36,131 bases of DNA from Promethearchaeota archaeon (lineage in GTDB: Archaea > Asgardarchaeota > Lokiarchaeia > Sigyniarchaeales > SOKP01). This document shows, piece by piece, positions 26,344 through 35,024 of this stretch (position 1 is its first letter; every line of letters begins with the position of its first letter). Below the pieces are notes generated by a model. It was not told the origin of the DNA. It did no database searches and saw nothing but the letters and a program-made list of their open reading frames with translations. The position numbers were made by a program, and so were the translations under genes. The DNA is taken from assembly GCA_048938895.1 (NCBI GenBank), contig JBHLLU010000040.1, positions 1 through 36,131 of the forward strand, given 5' to 3'.

Positions 26344-27745
26344 TGTTATGAATTTGCAAATCTCTTCTTTGTCGGTATCTATATAAATTAAGGAATGCTT
26401 TAGCTGCTCTTTCAAAGCTAGGAAAAATTGGCACATCCATGTCTATGATTTTTTGTCTATATTCATCTCTTCCTTGAATACCAGCGAACGGTAAGGAAAG
26501 AAAAAATGGTTTTTGAAGTTCTTGACATAAATTTTTAAGAAAGAGTAAATTTTCATAGTAACTTTCTAACATACTTTTCTCTCCAGGTTGATATGTTTCT
26601 GCTAACACACCACCAATATAAGGTTCCTCAATAGCAATTCTAGCAATATTAGAATATTCGTCTGAAAAATTCTTCCATGGCAGGTCAAGTGGATTAACTA
26701 CTCCCCCAAACCTAATTAACTGCTTCAACTTTTTTTTAGTTTCGTCTACAAATTCAGGTATGGTTGCTCCAATTTCTGTAATCAAATCTGTAGCTATAGT
26801 GGCATTTCCCCCAGACCATGTCATTAAGAGGATACCATTTTCCGATGGTAAAGTATCCTTATAGTGATAAAAAGCTAACGTTGTATCGATTAATTCTTCA
26901 AATGTACGAACAGAAATAGTATTTGATTGAGTTAATGCTGCTTCCCACAATTGATTTTTAGTTGTTAAACTTCCTGTATGGGAATCTGCTGATCTTTTAC
27001 CTGCTAAAGTTTTTCCACTTCTTAACAAAATAATTGGTTTCTTTGTAGTTTTCAATACATTATATAATCTTCTTCCTTCCTTATCATGATATCTTGAAAA
27101 TCCTTCAAGATAGACCGCTATTATATCCGTTCCTTCATGTGCATCTAAATATTGAATTAAATCAGTAGCATTTATTGAAATAGAATTACCTATGCTTGCT
27201 CCAACTGAAAAATTGACTCCAAGAGAATTTAAATTTATCACAAATCTTTCTGTAAGGTCTCCTGATTGGGAAATAATTGCTACATTACCAACGGGATCTG
27301 ATTTAAATGAAGTGTTAAAAGTAAATCTTCCACCAGTAGAATAAAGACCCATACAATTAGGACCTATAGCACGAGTAGAACTATTTCTTAACAGATGAAA
27401 TATCTCATCTTCAATTTTCCTCCCCTCTTCATCAAACTCACCTGTCCCAGCAGAAAAGATATGTATAGTAGCAAATTTCTTTTTAATGCAGCTTTTTACG
27501 ATATCTACCAAATGATTTCGATTCACAGCAATTACAGCATGTTCAATTCCATCGGGAAGTTCAGATATATCCTTAAAACAGTTAATATCAAGTATTTGTT
27601 CACTTCCTTTTGAAACGAAGAATAGTTTCCCAGAAAATCCTCTGTCAACATACCCTTCAAGTTGCCATTTTCTCTTTTCAGAAGCACCAATAAAGGCTAA
27701 TGTTTTAGGATAGAATAATTTTTCAAAATAATTTATCTGTTCCAC
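26330..27745 (-). CDS. ADP-forming acyl-CoA (acetate-CoA) ligase alpha-subunit-like protein
   Basis: LFYPKTLAFIGAS, SAGTGE, IGPNCMG, ISQSG, SIGNS, YLEG, SHTGSL (phospho-His), SGG and NPLDL. No ATP-grasp beta subunit in the window. Confidence 0.88.
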   Translation of the reverse strand: MEQINYFEKLFYPKTLAFIGASEKRKWQLEGYVDRGFSGKLFFVSKGSEQILDINCFKDISELPDGIEHAVIAVNRNHLVDIVKSCIKKKFATIHIFSAGTGEFDEEGRKIEDEIFHLLRNSSTRAIGPNCMGLYSTGGRFTFNTSFKSDPVGNVAIISQSGDLTERFVINLNSLGVNFSVGASIGNSISINATDLIQYLDAHEGTDIIAVYLEGFSRYHDKEGRRLYNVLKTTKKPIILLRSGKTLAGKRSADSHTGSLTTKNQLWEAALTQSNTISVRTFEELIDTTLAFYHYKDTLPSENGILLMTWSGGNATIATDLITEIGATIPEFVDETKKKLKQLIRFGGVVNPLDLPWKNFSDEYSNIARIAIEEPYIGGVLAETYQPGEKSMLESYYENLLFLKNLCQELQKPFFLSLPFAGIQGRDEYRQKIIDMDVPIFPSFERAAKAFLNLYRYRQRRDLQIHNNESQ

Positions 27746-27803
27746 GCGTGTAATAATATAATTTCAAAATTAAGGTTAATGAAAGTATTTAAAATCCAGC
27801 AAT

Positions 27804-27819
27804 GAATGAATATTCATTC
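27804..27819. promoter_or_regulatory. Perfect 16-bp palindrome GAATGAATATTCATTC, putative TetR/FadR-type operator
   Basis: Self-reverse-complementary. Lies in the divergent intergenic region between the acyl-CoA ligase and the GNAT genes, next to a TTTAAA TATA-like box at ~27788-27793. Confidence 0.6.
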
Positions 27820-27926
27820 CCAATGGGAAGAAATGATTCCTCTTTTAATGCGAACCAAAAAATAAGGATATCATCCTTTAACGTATAATTTTTATTCTAA
27901 TTTACTTTGTAAGTAATATTTAATAG

Positions 27927-28553
27927 GTGATTATCATAGAAAACATACAAGATTTATACAAGTTAAATTATGTACCATTAAATAAAGCAGCAATTGTTAT
28001 TTCAAGAGCATTTCATAATGATCCCTTGTATGCATATATCATCCCTGATGAATCGGAGAGAAAAAAATATTTTCCTTATATATTTAAAGCTTATATCTGG
28101 TATTGCCTTCATTATGGGGAAGTTTATGCAACTTCAGCTGAAATAGAAGGTGTTTCATTATGGGTTCCTTCAGAATTCGCCTACATCACACCTGAACGTT
28201 CTTGGGAATGTGGTGATGAAGTATTTTTCTATAGGCTGGGAAAGAATTATCTTGAAAGATTATCAATTACATCTTACGCCAATGAGGTACATGAAGAACT
28301 TCTAAAAGAACCTCATATTTATCTCATGACTATTGCTGTTGACCCAAAATTTCAAAGAAAAGGATTTGGAGGAAAGCTCTTACTCCCTATTTTAGATAAT
28401 TTAGATAAAAACAAATTGAAATGTTATTTGGATACTAATAAGGAAAGTAATCTCTTGTTTTATAAAAAATTTGGATTTAAGGTTATAAAAGAATTTGAAA
28501 TTGAGAATACAGGGCTAACAAATTGGTCCATGGTTAGATTTCCCAAGGTGTGA
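27927..28553 (+). CDS. GNAT family N-acetyltransferase
   Basis: AFHNDP, GVSLW, HIYLMTIAVDPKFQRKGFGGKLL (motif A) and YLDT...NLLFYKKFGF. Confidence 0.9.
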   Translation: MIIIENIQDLYKLNYVPLNKAAIVISRAFHNDPLYAYIIPDESERKKYFPYIFKAYIWYCLHYGEVYATSAEIEGVSLWVPSEFAYITPERSWECGDEVFFYRLGKNYLERLSITSYANEVHEELLKEPHIYLMTIAVDPKFQRKGFGGKLLLPILDNLDKNKLKCYLDTNKESNLLFYKKFGFKVIKEFEIENTGLTNWSMVRFPKV

Positions 28554-28589
28554 GTCTTAAAAAAATATTTATAATAAGAAAAGGAAAGT

Positions 28590-29882
28590 ATGCATATGAA
28601 TTCAGATATATCTGCACCAATTAAGTGGATTCAGGATAATCAAGATAAACTTGTAAAGTTAATTCAAGATCTAGTAAGAATCCCCAGTGTCTCTGGAGAC
28701 GAAGGAGAGATCCAGAAATTTATTTACAAAAAACTTGAGGAATTAGATCTTAAACCTAAGTTCATATATCCTAGACTTGAAATCTTACGAAAAAGTGATG
28801 ATTATTTTGAAACAACCTCTTTTATGAAATATGGATATAAAAATCGTCCCAACGTAGTAGGAATCCTTTCTGGAAATGGAAAAGGGCGGTCTATATGTCT
28901 AAGTGGACATGTTGACGTAGTGAGTCCAGAACCTGTAGCACATTGGAATTATGATCCATGGAGTGGTGCTGTAGAAGGTGATTTCATATATGGGCGGGGT
29001 GCTGGGGATATGAAAGCAGGAGTGGCATCTACAATTTTTGCTCTACAAGCATTTAAAGAAACGGGAACTAAGTTAAAAGGAGATGTGTATATAGAAACTA
29101 CCATTGATGAGGAAGATGGTGGGATAGGAGGGAATCTATATTTGCGTCTAACTCAACCAAAACCAGATGCTGCAATAATTCCTGAACCAGGGGGTTTTGC
29201 TATTAGCATCGCAAGTGCTGGAGTTATGTATTTTCGTGTTGTTGTGACTGGTTTACCTGCACATGCAGCAACAGCACATTATGGTGTGAATGCCATTGTA
29301 AAAATGGTCCCAATAATCGAAGCTCTTAAAGCATTGAATAAAAAAAGACAAAAAAAAATTAGTTATCGATATGCAGAAGTAGATCCTAGTATGAAAGGAA
29401 AAGCAACAACACTCAATATAGGGGTAATAAAAGCAGGAGACTGGCCATCAACAGTGCCAGCTTTATGTATTCTCGAATGTAGAATAGGATTTCCACCGGG
29501 TGAAACCAGAGATAGTGTTATAAATCAAATAGAAGATACTATCCAAGAAATTGTAAGAAAAGATAAATGGTTGATAGAACATCCTCCTAAAGTTGAGTGG
29601 TTTGGGTGGAAAGCAAGACCTCATGAACAAGATCCTGAACACCCTTTTATAAAGTTATTGGATGAGAAGATCCAAGAAGTCTCAGGTGATAAGCCAATAT
29701 ATTTTGGAGGAACTGCTGGTTTAGACGCTAGATTTTTTGTGAATAATGGCATCCCAGCAGTATCTTTCGGACCGTTAGCAGAAAATATACATTCGATTGA
29801 TGAACACGTTTCCATAGACTCTACTATGAAAACAACAGAAATCATAATTAAGACTATCATGGAGTGGTGTAAGTTAGATTAA
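28590..29882 (+). CDS. M20 ArgE/DapE family deacylase (acetylornithine deacetylase-like)
   Basis: LVRIPSVSGDE, SGHVDVV, YGRGAGDMKAG, DEEDGG, IIPEP, GLPAHAA and FGP...IHSIDE. Confidence 0.92.
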   Translation: MHMNSDISAPIKWIQDNQDKLVKLIQDLVRIPSVSGDEGEIQKFIYKKLEELDLKPKFIYPRLEILRKSDDYFETTSFMKYGYKNRPNVVGILSGNGKGRSICLSGHVDVVSPEPVAHWNYDPWSGAVEGDFIYGRGAGDMKAGVASTIFALQAFKETGTKLKGDVYIETTIDEEDGGIGGNLYLRLTQPKPDAAIIPEPGGFAISIASAGVMYFRVVVTGLPAHAATAHYGVNAIVKMVPIIEALKALNKKRQKKISYRYAEVDPSMKGKATTLNIGVIKAGDWPSTVPALCILECRIGFPPGETRDSVINQIEDTIQEIVRKDKWLIEHPPKVEWFGWKARPHEQDPEHPFIKLLDEKIQEVSGDKPIYFGGTAGLDARFFVNNGIPAVSFGPLAENIHSIDEHVSIDSTMKTTEIIIKTIMEWCKLD

Positions 29883-30060
29883 AAAAAGGATGAGAATATA
29901 ATCTAATTAATCATTAAATAAATGTTATCAAATTCCTTAATTTTGTCCAAAAGCTTACAAAATTTAAGAGAATACAAAATTTTCTTAAAATTCTCACTAT
30001 TTTCGTCGTAATATTTCTCTCCGGTGAAAATTCTGATGCGTATAATAAAATTTGCCTTGG

Positions 30061-31311
30061 TTATTCTAATATATGAAGATTTTCTTCAATAATATTGAAA
30101 CCACTTTCCAAATCTTCATCATTTATAACCAGGGGCATAAGTAATCTTATCGTATTGCCATATTTCCCACATGTAAGAATTACTAAACCTTTTTTATGGC
30201 ATAATCTAACCAATTCTGTAGCCTTATCTTTTGCGGGATTTTTTGTTTGTGCATCAATTAGTTCAAATGCCATCATTGAACCTATACCATGAATTTCCCC
30301 TACAATATCAAATTCTTTCTGCCAAGCCTCAATTCTTTTGTTAACCTTTTGTCCTAAGAGTTTAGCTTTATCCAACAAATTTTCTTCTTCAAATATATCT
30401 AATACTGCTAAAGCTGCTCTACAAGCTATGGGATTGCCTCCAAAGGTTCCTCCCAATCCTCCAACATGCGGTGAATCCATAATTTTCTTGCGTCCTATTA
30501 TTGCACTTAAAGGTAGTCCTGCTGCTAAGCTCTTAGCAAGGACCATAATGTCAGGTACCACATTCCAATGCTCTACTGCAAACATTTTTCCCGTTCGTCC
30601 CATCCCGGATTGGATTTCATCAGCTATAAACAAAATTCCATGTTCTCGACAAATTTCAACAATTTTTGGGAAAAATTCTGGAGGAGGTGTAATAAATCCG
30701 CCTTCACCTTGAATTGGTTCTGCAATGATCGCTGCTACAGATTCGGGAGCAACATGATCAATGAGAAATGTCTCAAATAAGTTAATGTCTCCAAATGGGA
30801 TTCGATAAATCTCTGGAGCAAATGGACCAAAACCTAATTTATATGGTTTTACTTTACTTGTTAGACTCATTCCCATTAGAGTTCTCCCATGGAATGCGTT
30901 TTCAAATGTAATTATTCCTGTACGCTTAGTATAATATCTGGCTATTTTTATGGCATTTTCAACCGCTTCAGCACCACTGTTAGCAAAAAAAGACATTTTT
31001 GGAAAATCTCCAGGAGTAATTTCACATAATCTTCTAGCTAATTCTATATATGGCTCATACATTGCTACATGAAAACAGGTATGGATGCATTTCTCTGCTT
31101 GATCTTTTATGGCTTCGACTACCCTGGGATGACAATGACCGACGTTTATAGTAGCTATACCCCCTGCGAAATCGATCATATTATGGCCCTCTACATCCGT
31201 CATTCTAGCACCATTTGCAGTACTGATAAAAGAGGGTATAGTATTGTAAACTGCTCTTGGAACATACCTTTCTCTTAATTCAAGTAATTTTTTGTTTGAA
31301 TTCATGATCAT
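30061..31311 (-). CDS. gabT: 4-aminobutyrate/5-aminovalerate aminotransferase (class III PLP)
   Basis: IDFAGGIATINVGHCHP, HTCFHVAMYEPY, NSGAEAVENAIKIAR, FHGRT, EPIQGEGGF, DEIQSGMGRTG, AKSLAAG and GGLGGTFGGNP. Confidence 0.88.
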   Translation of the reverse strand: MIMNSNKKLLELRERYVPRAVYNTIPSFISTANGARMTDVEGHNMIDFAGGIATINVGHCHPRVVEAIKDQAEKCIHTCFHVAMYEPYIELARRLCEITPGDFPKMSFFANSGAEAVENAIKIARYYTKRTGIITFENAFHGRTLMGMSLTSKVKPYKLGFGPFAPEIYRIPFGDINLFETFLIDHVAPESVAAIIAEPIQGEGGFITPPPEFFPKIVEICREHGILFIADEIQSGMGRTGKMFAVEHWNVVPDIMVLAKSLAAGLPLSAIIGRKKIMDSPHVGGLGGTFGGNPIACRAALAVLDIFEEENLLDKAKLLGQKVNKRIEAWQKEFDIVGEIHGIGSMMAFELIDAQTKNPAKDKATELVRLCHKKGLVILTCGKYGNTIRLLMPLVINDEDLESGFNIIEENLHILE

Positions 31312-31422
31312 TATTTTTTTAAATATTTCACTTATAAAATTTTTAATGGGTGATTATGTAAAGATATAAAATCCTCACCAATTTCGTAAGAAAATTAGCT
31401 CAGATTTTACATGATATAATCG

Positions 31423-32274
31423 TTATCTAAATGATTGGAGAATTTCGTTTCCAAAATTCTTCACTTCATCTGAAATTTTTTTAGTCCGTTGAAAACTGAC
31501 TAGAAAATAACTTGCACCAGAATTCACGGCTTCTTCGATCTTCGTAAGATAATTTTTAATATCAGAGCCTCTCATTTCTCCTACCATGAATTCTACTTTC
31601 TCCATTCGATTATGTTGCTTTGCTGATTCTTCCACAATTCTTTTCATTTCTTCAGGATCATTCCCTAGCCAAGGTGGAATAAAACAAATATTTCCATATT
31701 TTCCCGTTAATTTTAACATTCGTTTTCCTCGACTTCCAAAAATTAGTGTTGGGTAGGGTTTTTGTATAGGTTTTGGATCTAATATAGCTTCTTTAGCCTG
31801 ATAGTATTTTCCCTCAAAATTTACCTTATCTTTCGTCCATAATTGAATTATTAAATCAAGGCCCTCACATACTTTATCAACTCTGACACTTGGATTGCTC
31901 CATTTACTATATCCTTCAAATTCTATTTGGGACCATCCTGCACCTACTCCCAGCATTGTACGCCCTCCAGATAATACATCTGCTGTGGAAACCATTTTTG
32001 CTAAGATACTTGGAGGTCGAAAAGGAATTGGGGTGACAAGTGTGCCTATTTTGATTTTTTCTGTTTTTGCTAATAAGTAAGTTATAGATATCCAGGTTTC
32101 AAGAGTTCTATTACTATCTAATCTCTTAGGTCGCCCTGGCATTTCCCCCCACATATAATGATCGGGGAGTATAGCTCCATCAAAACCGCATTTATCCGCC
32201 TCTATAACAGCTTCTTCAATAAAAGCATAATTATTATACCAATTTCCTAATCCACCTAAAATAAACTTCATCAT
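31423..32274 (-). CDS. Luciferase-like monooxygenase (LLM) class, probably F420-dependent oxidoreductase
   Basis: GFDGAILPDHY, KIGTLVTPIPFRPPSILAKMVSTADVLSGGRTMLGVGAGW and PKPIQKPYP. Confidence 0.88.
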   Translation of the reverse strand: MMKFILGGLGNWYNNYAFIEEAVIEADKCGFDGAILPDHYMWGEMPGRPKRLDSNRTLETWISITYLLAKTEKIKIGTLVTPIPFRPPSILAKMVSTADVLSGGRTMLGVGAGWSQIEFEGYSKWSNPSVRVDKVCEGLDLIIQLWTKDKVNFEGKYYQAKEAILDPKPIQKPYPTLIFGSRGKRMLKLTGKYGNICFIPPWLGNDPEEMKRIVEESAKQHNRMEKVEFMVGEMRGSDIKNYLTKIEEAVNSGASYFLVSFQRTKKISDEVKNFGNEILQSFR

Positions 32275-32381
32275 AGTAGTACTTTATTCCTCAAGTATTA
32301 TTAATTTATAGATTATATCTCTAATGTTCAGTTCTAAAATCGTATTTATTATTTATAAACCACATTTTTTAATTAAAATGT

Positions 32382-32403
32382 TCGTGAAACAGACCTTTCA
32401 CGA
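32382..32403. promoter_or_regulatory. Inverted repeat TCGTGAAA-N6-TTTCACGA (operator or hairpin)
   Basis: Perfect 8-bp arms in the 240-bp intergenic gap upstream of the LLM gene. Confidence 0.4.
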
Positions 32404-32516
32404 CAATAAATATATCTCTCAATATGACATCAGTACTATGCTAAGAATATCTTCAATTCTCAGCTAGGATAAAAAATTTGAAAAGAATTATTTTGATAAT
32501 GTTGAAGAAAATATTT

Positions 32517-32897
32517 TCAATCTCCTCTCTTTATAATCCCCTGAAAAGAGGAAAACTGTAAAAATGTTTTAGCATCTCCTTCTATTTTAGCAAAAATATT
32601 TACGGGAGATGCTGCTTTCGGTTTGTCGTCTTTACTTGCTGGAGTAGGCCCAAAAAAGATACAAAAACCATTCCCACTTGGCCAAAATCCTATATCGCCC
32701 ACTTCACATTCGATTTGAGAGTTTTCTTGTCCTAAGGATACAGGAATTTCACCATATAATTCTTCTCCCCATCGTGCTAAATCTACATCAAATGGTAATG
32801 CATTCCAGATAGCTTCACATGTCTTAGGATTCTTATCAGTAAGCAGTTTTGCTCTTATTTGTCCAATCTTTTCATTTTCAATGATTATGTATTCCAT
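32517..32897 (-). CDS. Cyclophilin-like fold protein (DUF369/TM1367-like)
   Basis: NPKTCEAIWNALP, RWGEELYG, GDIGFWPSGNGFCIFFGPTPAS and AASPVN. Confidence 0.88.
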   Translation of the reverse strand: MEYIIIENEKIGQIRAKLLTDKNPKTCEAIWNALPFDVDLARWGEELYGEIPVSLGQENSQIECEVGDIGFWPSGNGFCIFFGPTPASKDDKPKAASPVNIFAKIEGDAKTFLQFSSFQGIIKRGD

Positions 32898-32978
32898 GTC
32901 AATTTCACATTCAAATAAATTTTTTAATTAAATTAAGCAATTTTATTATTTAAACGATGTTGATATATATTTGAATAA

Positions 32979-33791
32979 ATGATTCTCGAAAAAACTGTTG
33001 AACTAGTCAAACAAATTTTTAAAGTTCATAGAATAATCCCACCAAAAGTTATTAATGTTGTAATTGGTTTAGGTTATACAGGGGTAGAAATAGCATCATA
33101 TGGTCTAGATCCCATCTTAGGATTAGCCTCTACTTTAACAAGTGTTATTAATAATACTGATTGTAGCAAAATTAAGTTTGCTGGATATATTACTAAAACA
33201 AAACTTATAGAATTATTGGATTGGGCTTCTTTGCCGCCAAGCTTAAAGAAAATCATAGGTGTTGCTACCCTAAATGCGGTGTCTCAATATATATTAAAAA
33301 TAAAAAATCCTTACTCAATTCTAACAGGAGATATACTCGATTATTTAGAGATAAATCAAAATATGAAAATTACAGTTATAGGGTTAATGAAACCCCTTAT
33401 TAACAAATTAAGGAAAAAAACGATTAATATTACTTTAGTGGAAGATACGATTTCAACACCACAAAAATTCAATCATTTCAAATTAAAAAATAGTATAGAA
33501 GAACTAAAAGAAGAAGAACTAAATACTGATATCCTATTTTGTACTGGGACTGCGATAATTAACGATACTATCGAAAAAATTCTAAACTTGTATAAAAATA
33601 ATGCTCAAAAAATTATTGTAATAGGTCCATCTGCAGGGCTTTTACCAGATATTCTGTTTGATCAAGGTGTGGATATTGTAGGAGGCATGGAAATTACTAA
33701 TTCAAATGCAACATTGAAAATCCTCCAGGAAGGAGGGGGGACAATGCTATTTAAAAAATTTGGTAAAAAGTACAATTTAATAAAGAAATAA
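32979..33791 (+). CDS. DUF364 family (putative heavy-metal chelation, Rossmann-like) protein
   Basis: VVIGLGYTGV, IGVATLNAVSQ, TGTAIINDTIE, IGPSA...PDILFDQGVDIVGG and EGGG. Confidence 0.8.
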   Translation: MILEKTVELVKQIFKVHRIIPPKVINVVIGLGYTGVEIASYGLDPILGLASTLTSVINNTDCSKIKFAGYITKTKLIELLDWASLPPSLKKIIGVATLNAVSQYILKIKNPYSILTGDILDYLEINQNMKITVIGLMKPLINKLRKKTINITLVEDTISTPQKFNHFKLKNSIEELKEEELNTDILFCTGTAIINDTIEKILNLYKNNAQKIIVIGPSAGLLPDILFDQGVDIVGGMEITNSNATLKILQEGGGTMLFKKFGKKYNLIKK

Positions 33792-33845
33792 TATATTATT
33801 GTTTTAAACTACTAATTTTTATAAACTATTCTTGACTCATCGATA

Positions 33846-34373
33846 ATGATTGCAGATTTTACCTTTAAGATAATTCTCATTGGTCCTGCGGGTGTGGGTA
33901 AAACCAGTCTTATCCGTAGGTTTGTTGAAAACCAATTCTCATTTAATTATAAGTTTACAATTGGCGTGGATTTTTTAGCTAAAACAATAAATTTAGAAGA
34001 TGGTAGAATTGTTAAACTTTCTATTTGGGATATGGGAGGTCAAGAACGTTTTAAATTCTTGCGAAAAAATTTTTATGAAGGAACACATGGTGCAATATTA
34101 GTTTTTGATCTTTCAAGGGCTAATACTTTTCCTAAAATGAAAGATTGGCTTATAGATATGCGAAGTATCATTGAACATGAAATTCCTTTTATAATTTTGG
34201 GCAATAAATCGGATTTGCTTCTTGAGGTTGGTGAAGTTATTAATAGAGATAGACCACGAGATCTTGCAGAAAAGGAAAATAGTATTTATATTGAAACGTC
34301 TGCAAAAACAGGTGAAAATGTTGAGGATGCTTTTAAAGAATTAACTTTACACTTGATAAAACTAGATGACTAA
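33846..34373 (+). CDS. Rab-like small GTPase (Ras superfamily)
   Basis: G1 GPAGVGKTS, G2/RabF1 TIGVDF, KLSIW, G3 DMGGQE, G4 NKSD and G5 TSAK. No C-terminal Cys. Confidence 0.93.
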   Translation: MIADFTFKIILIGPAGVGKTSLIRRFVENQFSFNYKFTIGVDFLAKTINLEDGRIVKLSIWDMGGQERFKFLRKNFYEGTHGAILVFDLSRANTFPKMKDWLIDMRSIIEHEIPFIILGNKSDLLLEVGEVINRDRPRDLAEKENSIYIETSAKTGENVEDAFKELTLHLIKLDD

Positions 34374-34435
34374 ATTTTGAATTTATCTCTATATTCCACT
34401 TCTATATAAATTAATCACTTTTGAAAATATTTAAA

Positions 34436-34470
34436 TATTAGACTTAGATTATTTATTAGACTTAGATTAT
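34436..34470 (+). repeat. Direct repeat 2 x 17 bp TATTAGACTTAGATTAT (18-bp period)
   Basis: Identical copies at 34436-34452 and 34454-34470, between a TTTAAATA box (34430-34437) and the ATG at 34485. Confidence 0.85.
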
Positions 34471-34484
34471 ATAATAATTGTTCA

Positions 34485-35024
34485 ATGCCGTTATTCGTAT
34501 TCAAGGTAATAATAATAGGAGCAGGTGCTGTAGGAAAGACCAGTCTTTTACAAAGATTTGTAGAAGACACTTTTAACTTCAAATATAAACTTACAATTGG
34601 AGCTGACTTTTTAGCAAAAGTAATTGAGGGATATCCTAATCCCGATACCACATGTAAACTACAGATTTGGGACATTGGAGGTCAAGAAAGATATAAATTT
34701 TTACGTTCAAGTTTTTTTGATGGCGCTAATGGTGCTTTAGTAGTATTTGATATTTCGAGATGGCATACATTTGAAGAATTAGATGATTGGCTTTCAGATT
34801 TACGAGAATTTGCTGGAGACAATGTCCCCTTCATTTTAATTGGAAATAAATCTGATTTAATTAAAGATATTTATGGTGAATTTGATAAGGAAACTGTTGA
34901 GAAATTTGCAATAAGTAAGAATAGTTATTTTGTTGAAACTTCCGCCAAAACAGGTGAAAATGTCGAACAAGCCTTTTTAGATCTTACTCAAAAAATTATA
35001 GAAAAAATAGAATCTGAAACCTAA
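34485..35024 (+). CDS. Rab-like small GTPase (Ras superfamily), tandem paralogue
   Basis: G1 GAGAVGKTS, TIGADF, KLQIW, G3 DIGGQE, G4 NKSD and G5 TSAK. No C-terminal Cys. Confidence 0.93.
   Translation: MPLFVFKVIIIGAGAVGKTSLLQRFVEDTFNFKYKLTIGADFLAKVIEGYPNPDTTCKLQIWDIGGQERYKFLRSSFFDGANGALVVFDISRWHTFEELDDWLSDLREFAGDNVPFILIGNKSDLIKDIYGEFDKETVEKFAISKNSYFVETSAKTGENVEQAFLDLTQKIIEKIESET

Noticed and set aside
23574-28553. Selenocysteine read-through at TGA stops (2031, 23576, 28553, 32517), since Lokiarchaeia can use Sec
   Set aside because: Each TGA falls at the natural family C-terminus. No split redox-enzyme gene or convincing SECIS was seen.
29903-30058. 51-codon stop-free frame on the minus strand after gabT (KANFIIRIRIFTGEKYYDENSENF...)
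   Set aside because: No plausible start codon near its 5' end and no recognisable motif. Probably chance or a degraded remnant.
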